Origin: Guillardia theta CCMP2712
Lineage: Eukaryota; Protista; Cryptophyta
Direction of reading: 5' to 3'
DNA: 64,000 nt
Assembly (NCBI RefSeq): GCF_000315625.1
Contig: NW_005434660.1
Coordinates: 680,738 to 744,737, forward strand
Both the position numbers and the translations under genes were made by a program. How positions within the stretch are numbered: the stretch's first letter is position 1; each line of letters starts with the position of its first letter. Shown piece by piece: positions 15,717-27,859 of the stretch. The notes beneath the pieces were generated by a model that saw nothing but the letters and a program-made list of their open reading frames with translations, had not been told where the DNA came from and made no database searches.

Positions 15717-17179
15717 TCAAAGGAGCATAGAGCGATTCCTCTCACAGACCTCTTGCTTGTGGACCGGGCGAGACTTGGAGTAGGTGTAGTAGCTGAAGGC
15801 GGCGAGGCTGATGATGTACCCCACAGACTGCTTGGCAGTGACGATCTCCCCGTAGATCAAGATGCCGTAGAAGACTGGGATGGTGTTCCTGACTTGACTC
15901 AGGACCTTGAGCGACGTCGCGCTGGTGGTCTTTATCACTGCTGTGGTGATGAGCTGCACTCCAACCCCCAGCGAGGCTGCCAGGGTGAACATGAAGGGGT
16001 TCAGCCAGAGCTTGATGTAGTCTCCCCTCCGTATCATGGTCGGCCCCTCCACGATCATCCCAGCTGTGAAGAGAGCTATCCCCCCAGCAGGAGACAACCA
16101 GTACATGTTCTCGAGCACATTCATCTTGATCCCGGATAGGAGGAAATCCGTCATGACCAGCCTGATGGACTCAGCCAGGGCTCCTCCCACCTGCAGCAGC
16201 ACGCCGAAGGTGGAGATGGTCGCGTCACCGTGGGCGGCCATGGAGGTCCCGAAGCATAGGACAACGAGGGCAAAGCAGCTGCGAGGGGACTCCTTTCGGT
16301 TGAGCATGATGTACGTCACGATGGCTGTGACGATGGGAGTGAAAGACTTGAGAAACTGAATGGCTGCCATCCCCATGTACAGGTACTGAGCGTTCCCGAG
16401 CGCGAGCGTCGCGGCATGGCAGATTCCAACCGGCAAGCATCGATAAATCCAAAACCTTGGTCCCAGCAGGTCAGCGAAGGAAGGAACATGAGGGGCCATG
16501 GCGGCACCTGAACGTGACGGTTGACTCGTACTGCAGCTTCAGCAGGTTCAAGCGCTTCAGGAGCTGCGTGAAGACTGCTGCAAACACAAGGCCGAGGCAG
16601 GACACCAGCATGGGATATTTGAATCCTACCTGCGAGGACGAGGGTCAGACGACCAGTAGACAAGGAAGTGAGCTAAGAGGAGAAGAGGCCGAGACTTCTC
16701 ACCACATCCAAGATCTCTTTGTTCAAGACCATCAGCGACGGCCCCACCACCATGAAGATCAAGATGATCTGTGATGACCCCACGACTCATTACCCACCTC
16801 CAACCGCGCGAGAGAACAGGCAGAGGACAGATGCAGGGGGTACACCACCGACGAAGATAGGCGGGGAGAGATAAGGCACGCGAGCAAGCACAAAGCGCAC
16901 GGATGAAGCCTGTGGGCACATAGGAGAGGCGGCAGGGGATGCGGTGCGTCAAGGTCAGCTGGGGAAGGAGCTCACCAGGATGGTGTAGTACATCTTGATC
17001 TTGTCCTCTGACATGTCGTCCAACGGCTCCTCTTCGCTCACAATCCACTCAAGGAACCTCCTCCATGCGCTCTCCTGCGCAGGATCAAGAGCTGCTCCCT
17101 CTCCCTGTTCCTCCTTGTCAGCCGTCTCCGCCCATGGCAGGTCCTGCCAGCCCCCGTCCTGTCCCTCATCCCCTCTCAA
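15717..17179 (-). CDS. Triose-phosphate/nucleotide-sugar transporter family protein (DMT superfamily)
   Basis: Spliced product contains LMVLNKEIL|VGFKYPMLVS, LGNAQYLYMGMAAIQFLKSFTPIV, AESIRLVMTDFLL and TSATSLKVLSQVR, with about 10 TM segments. Start codon uncertain. Confidence 0.88.
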
Positions 17180-17224
17180 CCCATCTGATGCAGAAACCTC
17201 AGCACTGGCACCTCAGTGGCACGG

Positions 17225-17700
17225 GCGCCGCTGGGCCTGACTGCTGCTGCACCGCCGGGCTGCTGCGCCCCGGCCCGGGCGCCACTCAGTGACTGGCGCC
17301 GCAGGCAGCCCGGCATCCGGCGGGGCCGGTCACTGAGGGCCGCGCGCCGGGACCGTGAAATTGGACGGGAGTTCCCGGCCGCCGAGAGTCGGAGTCGCAG
17401 TGACGCCGGGTGTGGGGCGCGGCCGGGGCACGGGTGGTGACTGGGACCGGCAGCCGCTTGGGCCCGGCATGGCACAGCCCGGGCGGCAAGCGGCAGCCTG
17501 ACTCTGAGTCTCAACCGGGCCGCGTCATGCGGCGGTCAGCCGCTTGGCCCGGGAGGCAAGTCGGCATCAGGCTACGAAGCCGCCGCTTGCTTGAAGGACT
17601 CGATTGCACAGCCGGTCAGGTACTACAGCACACCCGGTCACCGGGTTGTCACACTGAGCAGTCACTGTCACTGTCACTGGCATTCACTAGCACTGCACTT
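17225..17700. other. GC/CpG-rich palindrome-rich island
   Basis: Same vocabulary as 1205-2370: CACTCAGTG, GACTCTGAGTC, CCGGTCACCGG, GCCCGGCCCGGGC. Confidence 0.7.
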
Positions 17701-17711
17701 GTAAACGACGG

Positions 17712-20621
17712 TCACTCGGCGGAGCTGGTTGACCTCGAGACTGACAGGCCGTTGCCAGCCAGGGCATTTCGTACCATCGTCTCGAAATCTGACAGCGAGA
17801 TCTCCCCGTTGGTCCCGTGCTCGCTGCAGAAGGCCTGACGGTAGGTAAGTTCGGGCGAGGAGGGATCATAGTTGGCTCCTACCTCCACAGCATCGTCGTC
17901 GAGGGTTTGACCGAGACCACGGAGAGCTTCTTTCACCTCGTTCTGTTGCAAGTTGCCGTCCCTGAGTGCTCCGGTCATACTCGAGGCTTGCGGCCGGGCG
18001 CCATGCTGCATGCAGGAGAAGGGAAGGCGAGGAGCTTACTTGGATGTATCGTACGTGTCGAAGGCAATCTTGATCCGTTCCTTGAGCTAGGGGACCACAT
18101 TATTTTGCCTCAAGGCAGCAGCAGGGTCTTACCTTGCTCTCAGACATTCCTCGGAACTGATTCACGATCAACGCCGAGGACTTGGCGAGGACTGAGATGG
18201 GTCAATGGAAGGCGGCACAGCTTCTCAGCTCAGCTCACTTGCTCTTGTGTGAGCGAGCTCAGCGTTCACTTCTCTTCTCATGGTTTTGAGCCTCGACAGG
18301 ACCTTCTCAGCGCTGCAACGAGGCTCGTCAGGACGTGTCAGGCACCCGCAACAGCTGGCTTGTACCTCTCGGAGGAATCAGCAGAGCTGATGTCATTCTT
18401 CATCTCTTTGTTCAAAACCTCCTCGAAGTCCGAGTATGTTACTTCCCCGACGTTCTTGAAATCCATCTTGGCAAAGATGCTGCTGAAGTGAGGCTCGTCC
18501 ACGTACTCCCCAAGATCCTTCATCGCCATACGGGCTTCATCGATGCCCAAGAAACCAAGACCGAGCTTGTCGTACTTGTCAAACACTTCCCTCAGTTTGG
18601 GCTGCCGCCAAGTCAGTCCCGCGTCCGTCTTTCTTCAACTCCTTCACACCTTCTCGTCTTGTTTTGGCTTCGCTTTTGGCTTCTCAGGGATCACCTCGCA
18701 CGTCACCTCCCTGAGGGAATTAAACATCACGTCGACGCTGCCTGTCAGACTGTAGGGCTCACTTGTAGTCTGACGGGAGATACTTCAAAACCCTCAGAGT
18801 CCGAGGCGAGAGAGCGCGGCTCCTCATCTTGGCTGTGGGAGTCAAATGAAATCACAATTAGGCGAGAAGAAACACAAGTGTCTGGCAGCTTTCTTACACA
18901 TCGCCCCAAGAAAATGCTGAGTCATGAGTTCACGTTGCTGGTGAGAGGTCAGCAGAGCGACACGGTGCACGATCAATATGCCACCATGTTTCCTCTCATT
19001 GCGTCCGCAAATTTCTCAGCTGCTCCCACGGGATTCGCAATCGAGAAAGATCGTCCTCGATCCGTTGGCAACCCGATGTCTGGCACGGCTGCCTGAGGCT
19101 TCACGAAGATCTGCTTAGGGGCTGCCAACCTGCTTCAGCAACCGAGGGACATTTCGATTCACTTCTCACATTTGATGTCTTTTCCTTGATTCGGTTCTGC
19201 GTTCGTGGCAGGAGGAGCCGTCAACTTTCTCGAAAGGACCAGGTTCGCCTTGAATCAGCATGACAAAGAAGGCAGTGAAGGTGGGTCAGAAGGACAGAAT
19301 GACGGGTGAAGGCGTTGGGAATGGCGATTAAACGAAAAGTGCGAAGAAACGAGAAGAGCAGCATGGAGACAAGCGGACAGAGGAAAAGAGAGGGGAAGAG
19401 AGAAAACTTGGGGATGAGAGAAAACTTGAGGATGAGAGGAGGCAAGGAGGCAATGTATACCCCTTGCCGGCATCTTGTCACAGGACTCAGACCGTCAGCT
19501 TCGCGTTTTGCTTCCGCCAGCATCCGTTTCAGCTTTTCAGTGACTGATTCTGAACTTTCTAGAGGGCAAATGCCATCAGATGAAATCGAAGATCATCAAA
19601 GCTAACAACCTGTGTTACCGCTGCCTCCAAGTATCAACATCTCAAAGTCTTTCTGTGTCAGTTCTCCATTCGTACCATGCTCTTTGCAGAATTTCTGACA
19701 AGAATAAGAATGCACTGAAAGCACATCTTAGCGCCCTACCTCAACTTGGTCATCCTTCATTTGCATTCCCATCCCTTTCAAAGCAAGCTTGACCTCCTGA
19801 GGCTGAAGCTTCCCATCCCTGAAGAAGAAACCTTTGTTAGCATTTTGACACTGAGATTTTCAACCTACCCGCTCAAGTCAAGTTTACGGAACATTGCTGC
19901 TGCTTCTTCCTTCTTCTGTCACATTCTTCAGAATCATCTCTCTATGTTTGAAATGAAGCAATCTACCTTGTTGTCATTTCGGGTGTCAAAAATCAATTTC
20001 GCAAAATCAGGCAAGGAAAGGCACCCATCTTTACCATGTTTCGAGCAAAACTCCTTTCATCAAGGTCAGAAAAAGGGCAAGGAAAATTAATCTTGAGACC
20101 TTGATAGACTCTGCAGGTATGTCTTGTCCAACCTGGGAGAGCGCTTCTTGTATCTCGGAAGGCTGAAGCGTTCCATCCCTAGCAAAGCAAAAGATTCAGC
20201 TAGTTCATTGGACGCACTTGCGATTCCACCCATTCTTATCCAGTGCATGGAAAGTCTCCACGATTTGCCCTTTAAGCTATCACTACGATTCAGAACAGAG
20301 ATCCCTTGAATGAAAGAAGCAACCGCAACGTCTTCTGTGTTGCTTTCGTCGCCTCCCAGTACATGACCGAGCTCGTGCGCTTTTTCAAACAGCCTTGACA
20401 GTCGAGCCTGTGTGGAGGCAGTGACAAGAAGCACTTTAAGCACGCTTCATGCACACCGTTTCATCACTTTGAGTTCGCACGAAAAAGTCGCCGTGTGCAG
20501 GCTTCGATAGCAGCGCCAGTGCTGTCTTGACATTGTCGGAAGAAACGGCTCTTTCGAACATGTAGCCATGGCCCTTGATGGGATTGCGGATGATTGAAGG
20601 AGATTTGCTCACGCTCGACAT
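17712..20621 (-). CDS. Multi-exon EF-hand calcium-binding protein (two C-terminal EF-hand pairs, uncharacterised N-terminus)
   Basis: EF-like loops DKLGLGFLGIDE, DFKNVGEVTYSD, DTSK|DGNLQQNE and GTNGEISLSDF. Confidence 0.75.
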
Positions 20622-20924
20622 CCTGATTCGTTACAAGAACCAACGAGTTTAGTCTTGTCAGTGGAGCAGGTTTAAGTAAGGAGACGAGAAATACGCTTTT
20701 TAGGCTGCCGAATTAGTTGCGGCGGTCGTAATTACAGGGCAGTGCTAGCTGATGGAGGAAGAGGCGGAAGAGGCTAGGAAGAGGAGGAGGGTACCTGTTG
20801 ACTAGGAGGAGTGAGCTAGTAGCGAGTTGCAGCGGCGATGAGTCGAGCGGGAGGCAGCAAGGAGGGCAATGAAGGCGACAAGGGAGGAGGAGGCGGAAGG
20901 CGTCAAAGGAGAGCAAAAGAGTTG

Positions 20925-21480
20925 GTAGGGTAGGGGCAAAGGAAGAAGCTAGAAAGGGGGTAGGGTCCTTTCTGTCGCTTCTGTGCCCTCTCTATGTTCA
21001 TATTGATGGTAGGGGTGGTGCTATTAGTACCGCAAGCTCATTGAAATACTGATGATTGGGGGGGTGGGGTACCCTGGTGGGTCCGAAAACTCCACGAAGA
21101 AGAAGGGGTACCTCAAATGACCGACCCTACCGCAGTGGCCGGGAAACTCAGTGGGGTAGTACCGGCATGGTACGGTACTACTTTGGGGGGTGGTAATTTT
21201 TGTATGGTGGTCATAGGATACCTTCCTAGGATGGTCCTAGGACATTTTGAACTGTGAATTTACAAAACCGTCATCAATGGACATCAGATGTTAATTGTAA
21301 AAGTTGAAAGTACCCGGCGGGGGGTGGACTGAGGGTTATCGGAGGGGGTGGGAGGTCATGGTCGGGGGTCCCGACGGTGACAAAAAAGGACTGAGGGCCG
21401 GGCCCGGCGGGGGGGGGGGGTAGTCAGTAAGCATCGCAGTGCTGGTAGGCTAAAGGTAGGGGGGTAGGGTCCGATTCGGA
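20925..21480 (-). promoter_or_regulatory. G-skewed GGGGT(A/G) tract (C-rich on the minus strand) upstream of the minus-strand EF-hand gene
   Basis: Reverse-complement vocabulary of the tract at 2440-3420. Confidence 0.45.
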
Positions 21481-21584
21481 AATCACTCAAAATCTTTTCT
21501 TTTGAGTCTCAGTTTTTCGCTGGCAAAAAAAACATTTACTCAAAGTTTCAGTTAAGTACACAAAAAAACCGTCAATCACAGAGT

Positions 21585-22330
21585 CACGGTGCCGCGGCCC
21601 GGCCCGTCAGCGCGGCCGGGCCTCGAGTCGGCGGCGACGGGAGTCCCGGCCGCCGGTCCGATCCGAACTCGGAACCCGGCCGGGCCGCGGCTCCGCGGCC
21701 CGCTGATTGGTATCATTACTCCACTGGGCCACGTCCAAGTATGTCACAGCCACCCGTGTAATGAACGACCGGACACGGGGATTAAGTTAACGTTACGTGT
21801 GTATCCAAAACTTGATGCCATGATGTGTAATACCCTTAGTCGTGTTACGAGTCTTACATGCGAGAATCATCTCAGCCCTGAGAGCCTCAGCCTACTTTAC
21901 TAGTTATAGTAAACCAAATCTGTCAGTGTTGACAGTTATTCACAGCTGTAATCTCTTGGCTGTTGATTGAGAGTTAATCACATACGCAATTCCACCACTT
22001 CCATCACTCCCTCAGTCACGGTCTGTTCTCAGTGTCGCTAGTACTCGCGTCCGACCTCCGATCGATCAGTGGTGCGGCACGGATGATCACTGCCGTGGCC
22101 GGCCAGTGACAGCGGCATGCCTACCGTAGTACGGCGGCCCGGGCCGCAGCCCGGCCGCTTTACAGTCAGATGACTCTGTGATGGAGTCCTGGCAGCAGAC
22201 TTATCATCGGATGAAATCAGGAGAATTTCAAATCGCGAAAGAACTTCAATCCAACCAACATGCACTTGAGTCAGTGACCGGGTGACAACTCAGTTCAAAC
22301 CCTTCCGAAAGAAGTTTGCATCAGCAAGAC
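21585..22330. other. GC/CpG-rich palindrome-rich island between divergent genes, in two patches
   Basis: GGCCCGGCCCG, CCGATCCGAACTCGG, CGGCCCGGGCCG, TCAGTGACCGGGTGAC. Confidence 0.65.
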
Positions 22331-22959
22331 TCAAAAACTCACAGCAATCGTCACGTCTACACTGTACTGCCGTACTGTGATCATCATGCAGGTGTAAATC
22401 CAAGTGCCAGTTTCCGATGGTCTTGGAGCAGGGCTCGGGTTTGCTCATGATAGTTTTAAGATGCAATCATTGACATCATGTGGCCGGTCACATTGTGGGG
22501 TAGCCTGGCATCGACAAGAAATCCTTCGTCTTTTTTTGTCTTGAAAGAAAGGCTACATGCTTTCCTCCACATGTGATTGACCCTCGTACATGAAGTGGCT
22601 CAGGAAAAAGGGCCTTTGTTGTTCTTTTGGAAAAGATAGGCTAACCCTGCCCTGGAGCCACCTCTCTGAATGTTTCTCTCCATTTTCTGCACCCTTACAC
22701 AAAAATGAGATTCATTCTATGCTCTGAATTCAACAAGGTCAGGATCAATGCCTGTGGCACTGGTTAACATCGACTAGATCCCTCCCAACCTCCTCCAAGT
22801 TCACGTCCTCACTCCTCGTCATGCGGCGGACAGGGCGAGGACATGAGAGAGCTGGCGGCGACGTCTTGGTCGACCCAGCAAGCCGCGTGACGGGGCAAGG
22901 TAAGGGGTTGCTCCTGTGGCGGACGGACGGGGTGCAATGGGGCGGGGCCGGGGGTGGAA

Positions 22960-23610
22960 CCCCGGGGGGCGAGACGGCCTCGGGGCTACACCCCCATTCA
23001 ACTACCCCTACTATCGACTGGCTTTCCTCTAGTTTCAAGAGGGTGGTGTTCAGTACCCCCCTGCTCCACCCTGAAAAATGCAGGTCGCTTTACCCGTCAT
23101 CGGGGCCATAATTTTTCGATATCACCTCTTTTCAGACTTGACTACCCCCAATCTAGCCCAAAAGGTGTATTTCCAGTTGTTTTGCTCGGACCTTTATAAC
23201 TCTTTTAGAAATTGCATCCCCCTTCGAGTGGCTACCCCCCCAACAGAATTCTCAGTTTGCTTGACCCCCCCAACTTTGTTGAGACCTCAGCCTTTTGCTT
23301 CAATTTCTATATATGAGACTATAATATATTTGACCATACCTCTGACCTCCTTCTCTTTGCCTATCGCCTTCCCCACCCCACTATTGATGCACCCCCTATC
23401 TCCACCCGGCCTCTGATTTTGGTCTGTCACTACCCCTACCCTCACCAAGGCTAGTACCCCTTTGATATCTGGATACTTTTCTTTCATACCCACCCTATAT
23501 AGATCTGAAATATAGAAAAGGTATGGGTACTAATGACCCATTTGTTCTTCACACCCCTCCAATTCAGTACCCCACCCCTTTCAAATCACGGGAGATTTCC
23601 TTCCCCCCCC
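22960..23610 (+). promoter_or_regulatory. C-skewed (T/C)ACCCC tract upstream of the gene at 24020
   Basis: Repeated TACCCC/CACCCC words on the + strand. Confidence 0.45.
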
Positions 23611-24019
23611 TTGCCCGACAGGAGCAGCAAGGGACGACAGGAACAGCGAGAGCAGCGACAAAGGGGGAGCATAGAAGAGGATTCAGTGCAAGGACAAGAG
23701 CCGAGTCAAGAAGGCAGGCACTTGGAACGAGGAGGGAAGTACAAGGCAGTGGAAGAGAGGGAGCGAGCAAGGACGAGAGACTAGAGACAGGCGGAAGAGT
23801 CGGAACAACAGGAACCCCCCTGCAAGTCTGGTGAGGATAATATCAGTGACGTACAAGACCGGAGAGCTCATCATTGAATGAAAATAGGGGAAAAGAGTGG
23901 CGAGACGGTTCCAATATCACCTTACAAACTCGTAGAACATTATCGGATTGTTCGGACGTTTGGCATCTGGAAGGAACAGAGCGTTTTTGTGAAGACTGCA
24001 AAATCCTACATATCAAATC

Positions 24020-25125
24020 ATGGCAGAAATGAGCTTTGATTGCAGAAACAGTACAGATCCGTGCATGGCGAGGAATGAGCGCCTGAACGGCTTCCAGGAC
24101 ATGGGACCGAGTGGACCTGCCTCGATCGCCATGGCGAACTTTGCTGACGGCAAGAAGCATATCTGTGCCAAGAGCATGAGCGGAAGCGATGACATGTTCT
24201 CACATCCCGAGAAAGCGTCTGGTCCCGTTGACATCTTCGAGGAGGCGATGCAGGGAGGAGACTCATCGATGGACTTGGGGCAAGACTTTTCGTTGCGGCT
24301 CAACTACTGCAGGACGCTGTCCAGGACGTGCCAGCCGCACTGGGACATGAATCTTGATCCCTCCCTCCTCCTCGACCGCAAGCGCGCCATGACAAATCAC
24401 TTGCAGCCCAAGTTTCTCATCAGGAAGTTTGCTCCTCTGACCCGGAACAACGCGTGCCTGGACCTCGCAAGTCTTGACATGTGAGAAGCTGGAAGATGAG
24501 CTGTTCGGGTTGCAAACAGTAGCTCGTGTAGATTACAGAGAACATCTTTATCATCACATGGTAGATAGAAGACATATGTACATAGGAAGATACTGCCTTG
24601 CGCAGCAGCAATCAGGTGTTCCGTTCTGCTTCATTCCACCGAGATGTCCGGGGGACCAGCGTCACGAGGAAAAGCGATGTTGCCGGATGGTGTGAAGAGC
24701 TGCGAACAGACAGCACGTCAGCAGCAGTTGAGAGGAGGAGGAGGAGGAGGAGGAGGAGGAGGAGGAGGAGGTCCAACTGTGAATGTGAATAAACGTGCTC
24801 TAGTTTGACCAACCCCCTCCTCACCTCGCTGCAGCTGCTCTCCTTGAAGGAAGACGACTTGCGCATCATCGGCCTCTTCTGCGCGTCTTGGATGGCTGAC
24901 CATGAGAGAGAGTTCTCAGATGAAGACCTGCACGGCTGTCATGAGCGAGGGGGGCTGACGGGAGCACGGGAGCACGGGAGGAAGGGAGGGAGGAATGGCT
25001 GATGGGAGGAAGGGAGGGGACGGGTGGGAGGAGTCGATACGAGGTGGATCGAGCGAGATTGGGGCCAGGAAGGATGTTTCTACCTCGTGAGCCCTCTCCC
25101 TTGGTTCATGAGGAGGCCGTAGAAC
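24020..25125 (+). CDS. Hypothetical protein, possibly with a divergent cyclin box
   Basis: 154-aa first ORF plus downstream exons. DRKRAMTNHL, YIGRYCLA and DLRIIGLFCASWMADHERE loosely echo cyclin-box helices. Confidence 0.4.
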
Positions 25126-25139
25126 TTTCATGCGCGTCA

Positions 25140-25780
25140 GGGAGTTGGCAAGTTTCTCTTGCTCACCTCTTGCTGCTTCCTCCTGCTGGGCCTGACTCGC
25201 TCCTCGTCGCCGCCCTTATGGTGATGGTGATGGCGATGATGATGCCCGGATGCCCTCTCCTCCCCTCCGGCCTCAGGACCGTGACCATGTCGAGCGCGCT
25301 GCGGCTGCGGCTGCTCGTGCTCGCCTTCTACTTTGATCCATGCAGCCTGTCTGGAGGAGGAGAGTTAGCGGCGGAGAGGAGGGCAAGAGAGCTGACCGGA
25401 CGGGAGGATTGTCTGTACTGCCGGGCCGCTGGGGAAGCAGTGAGTGTCAGGGAAGGAGGGAAAGGGAGGCGAGGAAGAGCTATAGATAGACCAGAGGAGG
25501 AGAGGTCGGAGGGAGACATTTGAGAGGATGGCAGAAGGTTTCCCGTGACTTGCGTGAAAAAGAGGATGATGAAGAAGGGAGGAGGGGGAGGGAGGAGTGG
25601 AAGGAGCGGGCGAGTGATGGGAGAAGCGAAAAGACTCGCTGACCTTCTCCCGCTTCTTCTTCTCTTCGTGCCAACCCATCTCGCTGACAGAAGACTTCCT
25701 GTCCTTGAGGAGACGGAGGCTCGGGTTGGCAAAGTTGTCGAGGTTGACTCGCTTCCATTTCCTCTCCTCCTGATGACAAC
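25140..25780 (-). CDS. 3' exons of a minus-strand hypothetical gene (His-rich, charged); 5' part lost in or beyond the gap
   Basis: GT/AG-bounded exons EERKWKRVNLDNFANPSLRLLK... and AAWIKVEGEHEQ...HHHRHHHHHKGG. Confidence 0.4.
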
Positions 25781-25798
25781 CGAGTGTGAGAGAGGACA

Positions 25799-25951
25799 GG
25801 AGGAGGAGGAGGAGGAGGAGGAGGAGGAGGAGGAGGAGGAGGAGGAGGAGGANNNNNNNNNNNNNNNNNNNNNNNNNNNNNNNNNNNNNNNNNNNNNNNN
25901 NNNNNNNNNNNNNNNNNNNNNNNNNNNNNNNNNNNNNNNNNNNNNNNNNNN
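25799..25951. repeat. (GAG)n microsatellite running into an assembly gap (25853-25951)
   Basis: Directly visible. Confidence 0.95.
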
Positions 25952-26239
25952 NCGGGCCGCGGAGGCAGGGCAGCGAGGCGCTGGATGCCAAGATGGAGGC
26001 GATGAAGATTCGTTCGGAAGCCTTCGCGTGCGAGCGTCTCCATGCTGCAATAAGGGGTGTGAAGCATGATTCCCTGCATCCCTTGTTCGATTCGCAGATG
26101 GGGTCGCTCTCAGCAGTTGAGGAGCTGCTGTTCGACCAGGGGTTCAGCCAGGAGGAGATGCAGGAGACGATTCGGGAGGAAGCGCTTGCGTCGCTCACGC
26201 ACTATGTTGACATCATCGACGACGAGGACTCTTGTTACC

Positions 26240-27791
26240 TCCTCCGGCATCTCCGTCTCCTTCTTCTGCATTCATCGACATCCCCTCCCGCCGCCGCGCC
26301 GAGGAGGAGGAGGAGGAGGAGGAGGGGAGGAGGAGAAAGTGGTGGTGGTGGTGGTGGTGGTGGTGGTGGACACCATGATCGCATTGAACATCTCCTCATC
26401 CGCCATAGTCCATTTCTTCACAAGTCGCACTTTCCTGGCATCCTCGGCGCTGGCGTGCTTGGGCTCCTGGCGGGAAGCTGAGGGCGGGAGGAGGGGAAAA
26501 TGTCTGACTCACCGCAGGGGTTACTTGCTCGAACTTCTCGAGCACTGCGATCTTGTTTGCTTCCTGCTCCTTCTCTATCGTCCTCCTGCCGCTCAGTCAG
26601 CCTCCTCCTCCTCCTCCGTGTCTCAGGGCTCTACCAGGTTGGCTCCACCCTCCTCCTGCGCTCCTGGTCCAGGCGTCAGCTGCGTCAGTTGAGGAAGAAG
26701 CTCCGCTGACCCTCTTCCTTCGTCGGATGAAGTAGACCGCCAGCATGACGAGGAGGAAAAACTTGGCAGAGGAGTCAGAAGCGAAGCAGACGATAGCGGA
26801 GGACAAACGGTGAAGTCTTGAAAAGAGGAAGGACAGAGGGGAAGGGAAAGGGAAAGGGAAATGGAAATGGAAAGGGAAAGGGAAAGGGAAAGGGGAAAAG
26901 GGACGGGAAGAGGAAGAGGAGAGAGAGGAGGAGGAGGAGGAAGAAGGCGGGATGGGGGGGGACAGGTGATAGAGAGGGGAAAGAGGGAGGGGAGTTGGGG
27001 GTCATTACCAGCACAACCCCAGCAGCGATGAGCAGGTAGGTCAGCCAGTCCCTGTTGCCCTTCACCTCGGACGGTGCGAACTTGCGGACTTGAAAGATGG
27101 CGGTGGAGACGTCGCTGGCCTTGTATCCTGATGCACAGGTCATCCTGACTTCGTCGGCTCCCTCCCCTCTCCCGCTTTTCCTCTCTCCTCCCCTCCTCTC
27201 TTGCTCTTTCTCCTATCCCGCTCCTCTCGCTCCCCTCCACACACCTGATAGATACGCCCGTGCTCGGACTGTGATGTTGAAACCTGACGAGCTGACATGA
27301 CTATTGATCTCTCCTTTCCTCTCCTTCCCTCCCTCTCCTCCTTCTCTGCTTCTTGCTTGCTCCTTCTCCTCCACTTCTTTCCTCTTACCTTGAGTGTCTT
27401 CGAGGTAGAATGGATCCGAGTAGACAGCAGAGTTCTCGTCGGGTTCTACAAGATCGTCATGCTCCCTCTCTTTTCGTTCTCCTGCAGCTAGCGCTGAACA
27501 GCTAGCTGCTTCTGCTTTCTTTCCCTCTGTCAATCTCGTGCCTCCTCCCCCGTCTCTCCCCCCTCTGCTAGTTTTCCCCTCCTTTCTCCGCGTTCTCCCC
27601 TCCCTCCTCTCCCTCACCAGCAGCAACGATCTCTCTCTTGCCGATGGTGTAGAAGATTTTCGCTTCGGCAGGGAGCGACGTGATGGTCACCTGCAACATG
27701 TTATGCAGTTAACTTTCTTTTGTCCAACATCTAATAATGCCCACAAATTCCTCCATCCATTTCCCTCCCTCCTTCCTTCTAACCATCCTTG

Positions 27792-27859
<68 letters not shown>

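Noticed and set aside
20455-20530. ALLSKPAHGDFFVRTQS resembling the SH2 FLVRES motif
   Set aside because: The following exon gives no SH2-like beta strands; the match is too short.
26150-26240. Minus-strand RVLVVDDVNIVR resembling a response-regulator receiver start
   Set aside because: It is the codon-aligned antisense of a plus-strand acidic stretch (DIIDDEDS), and the rest of the receiver fold is missing before a stop.
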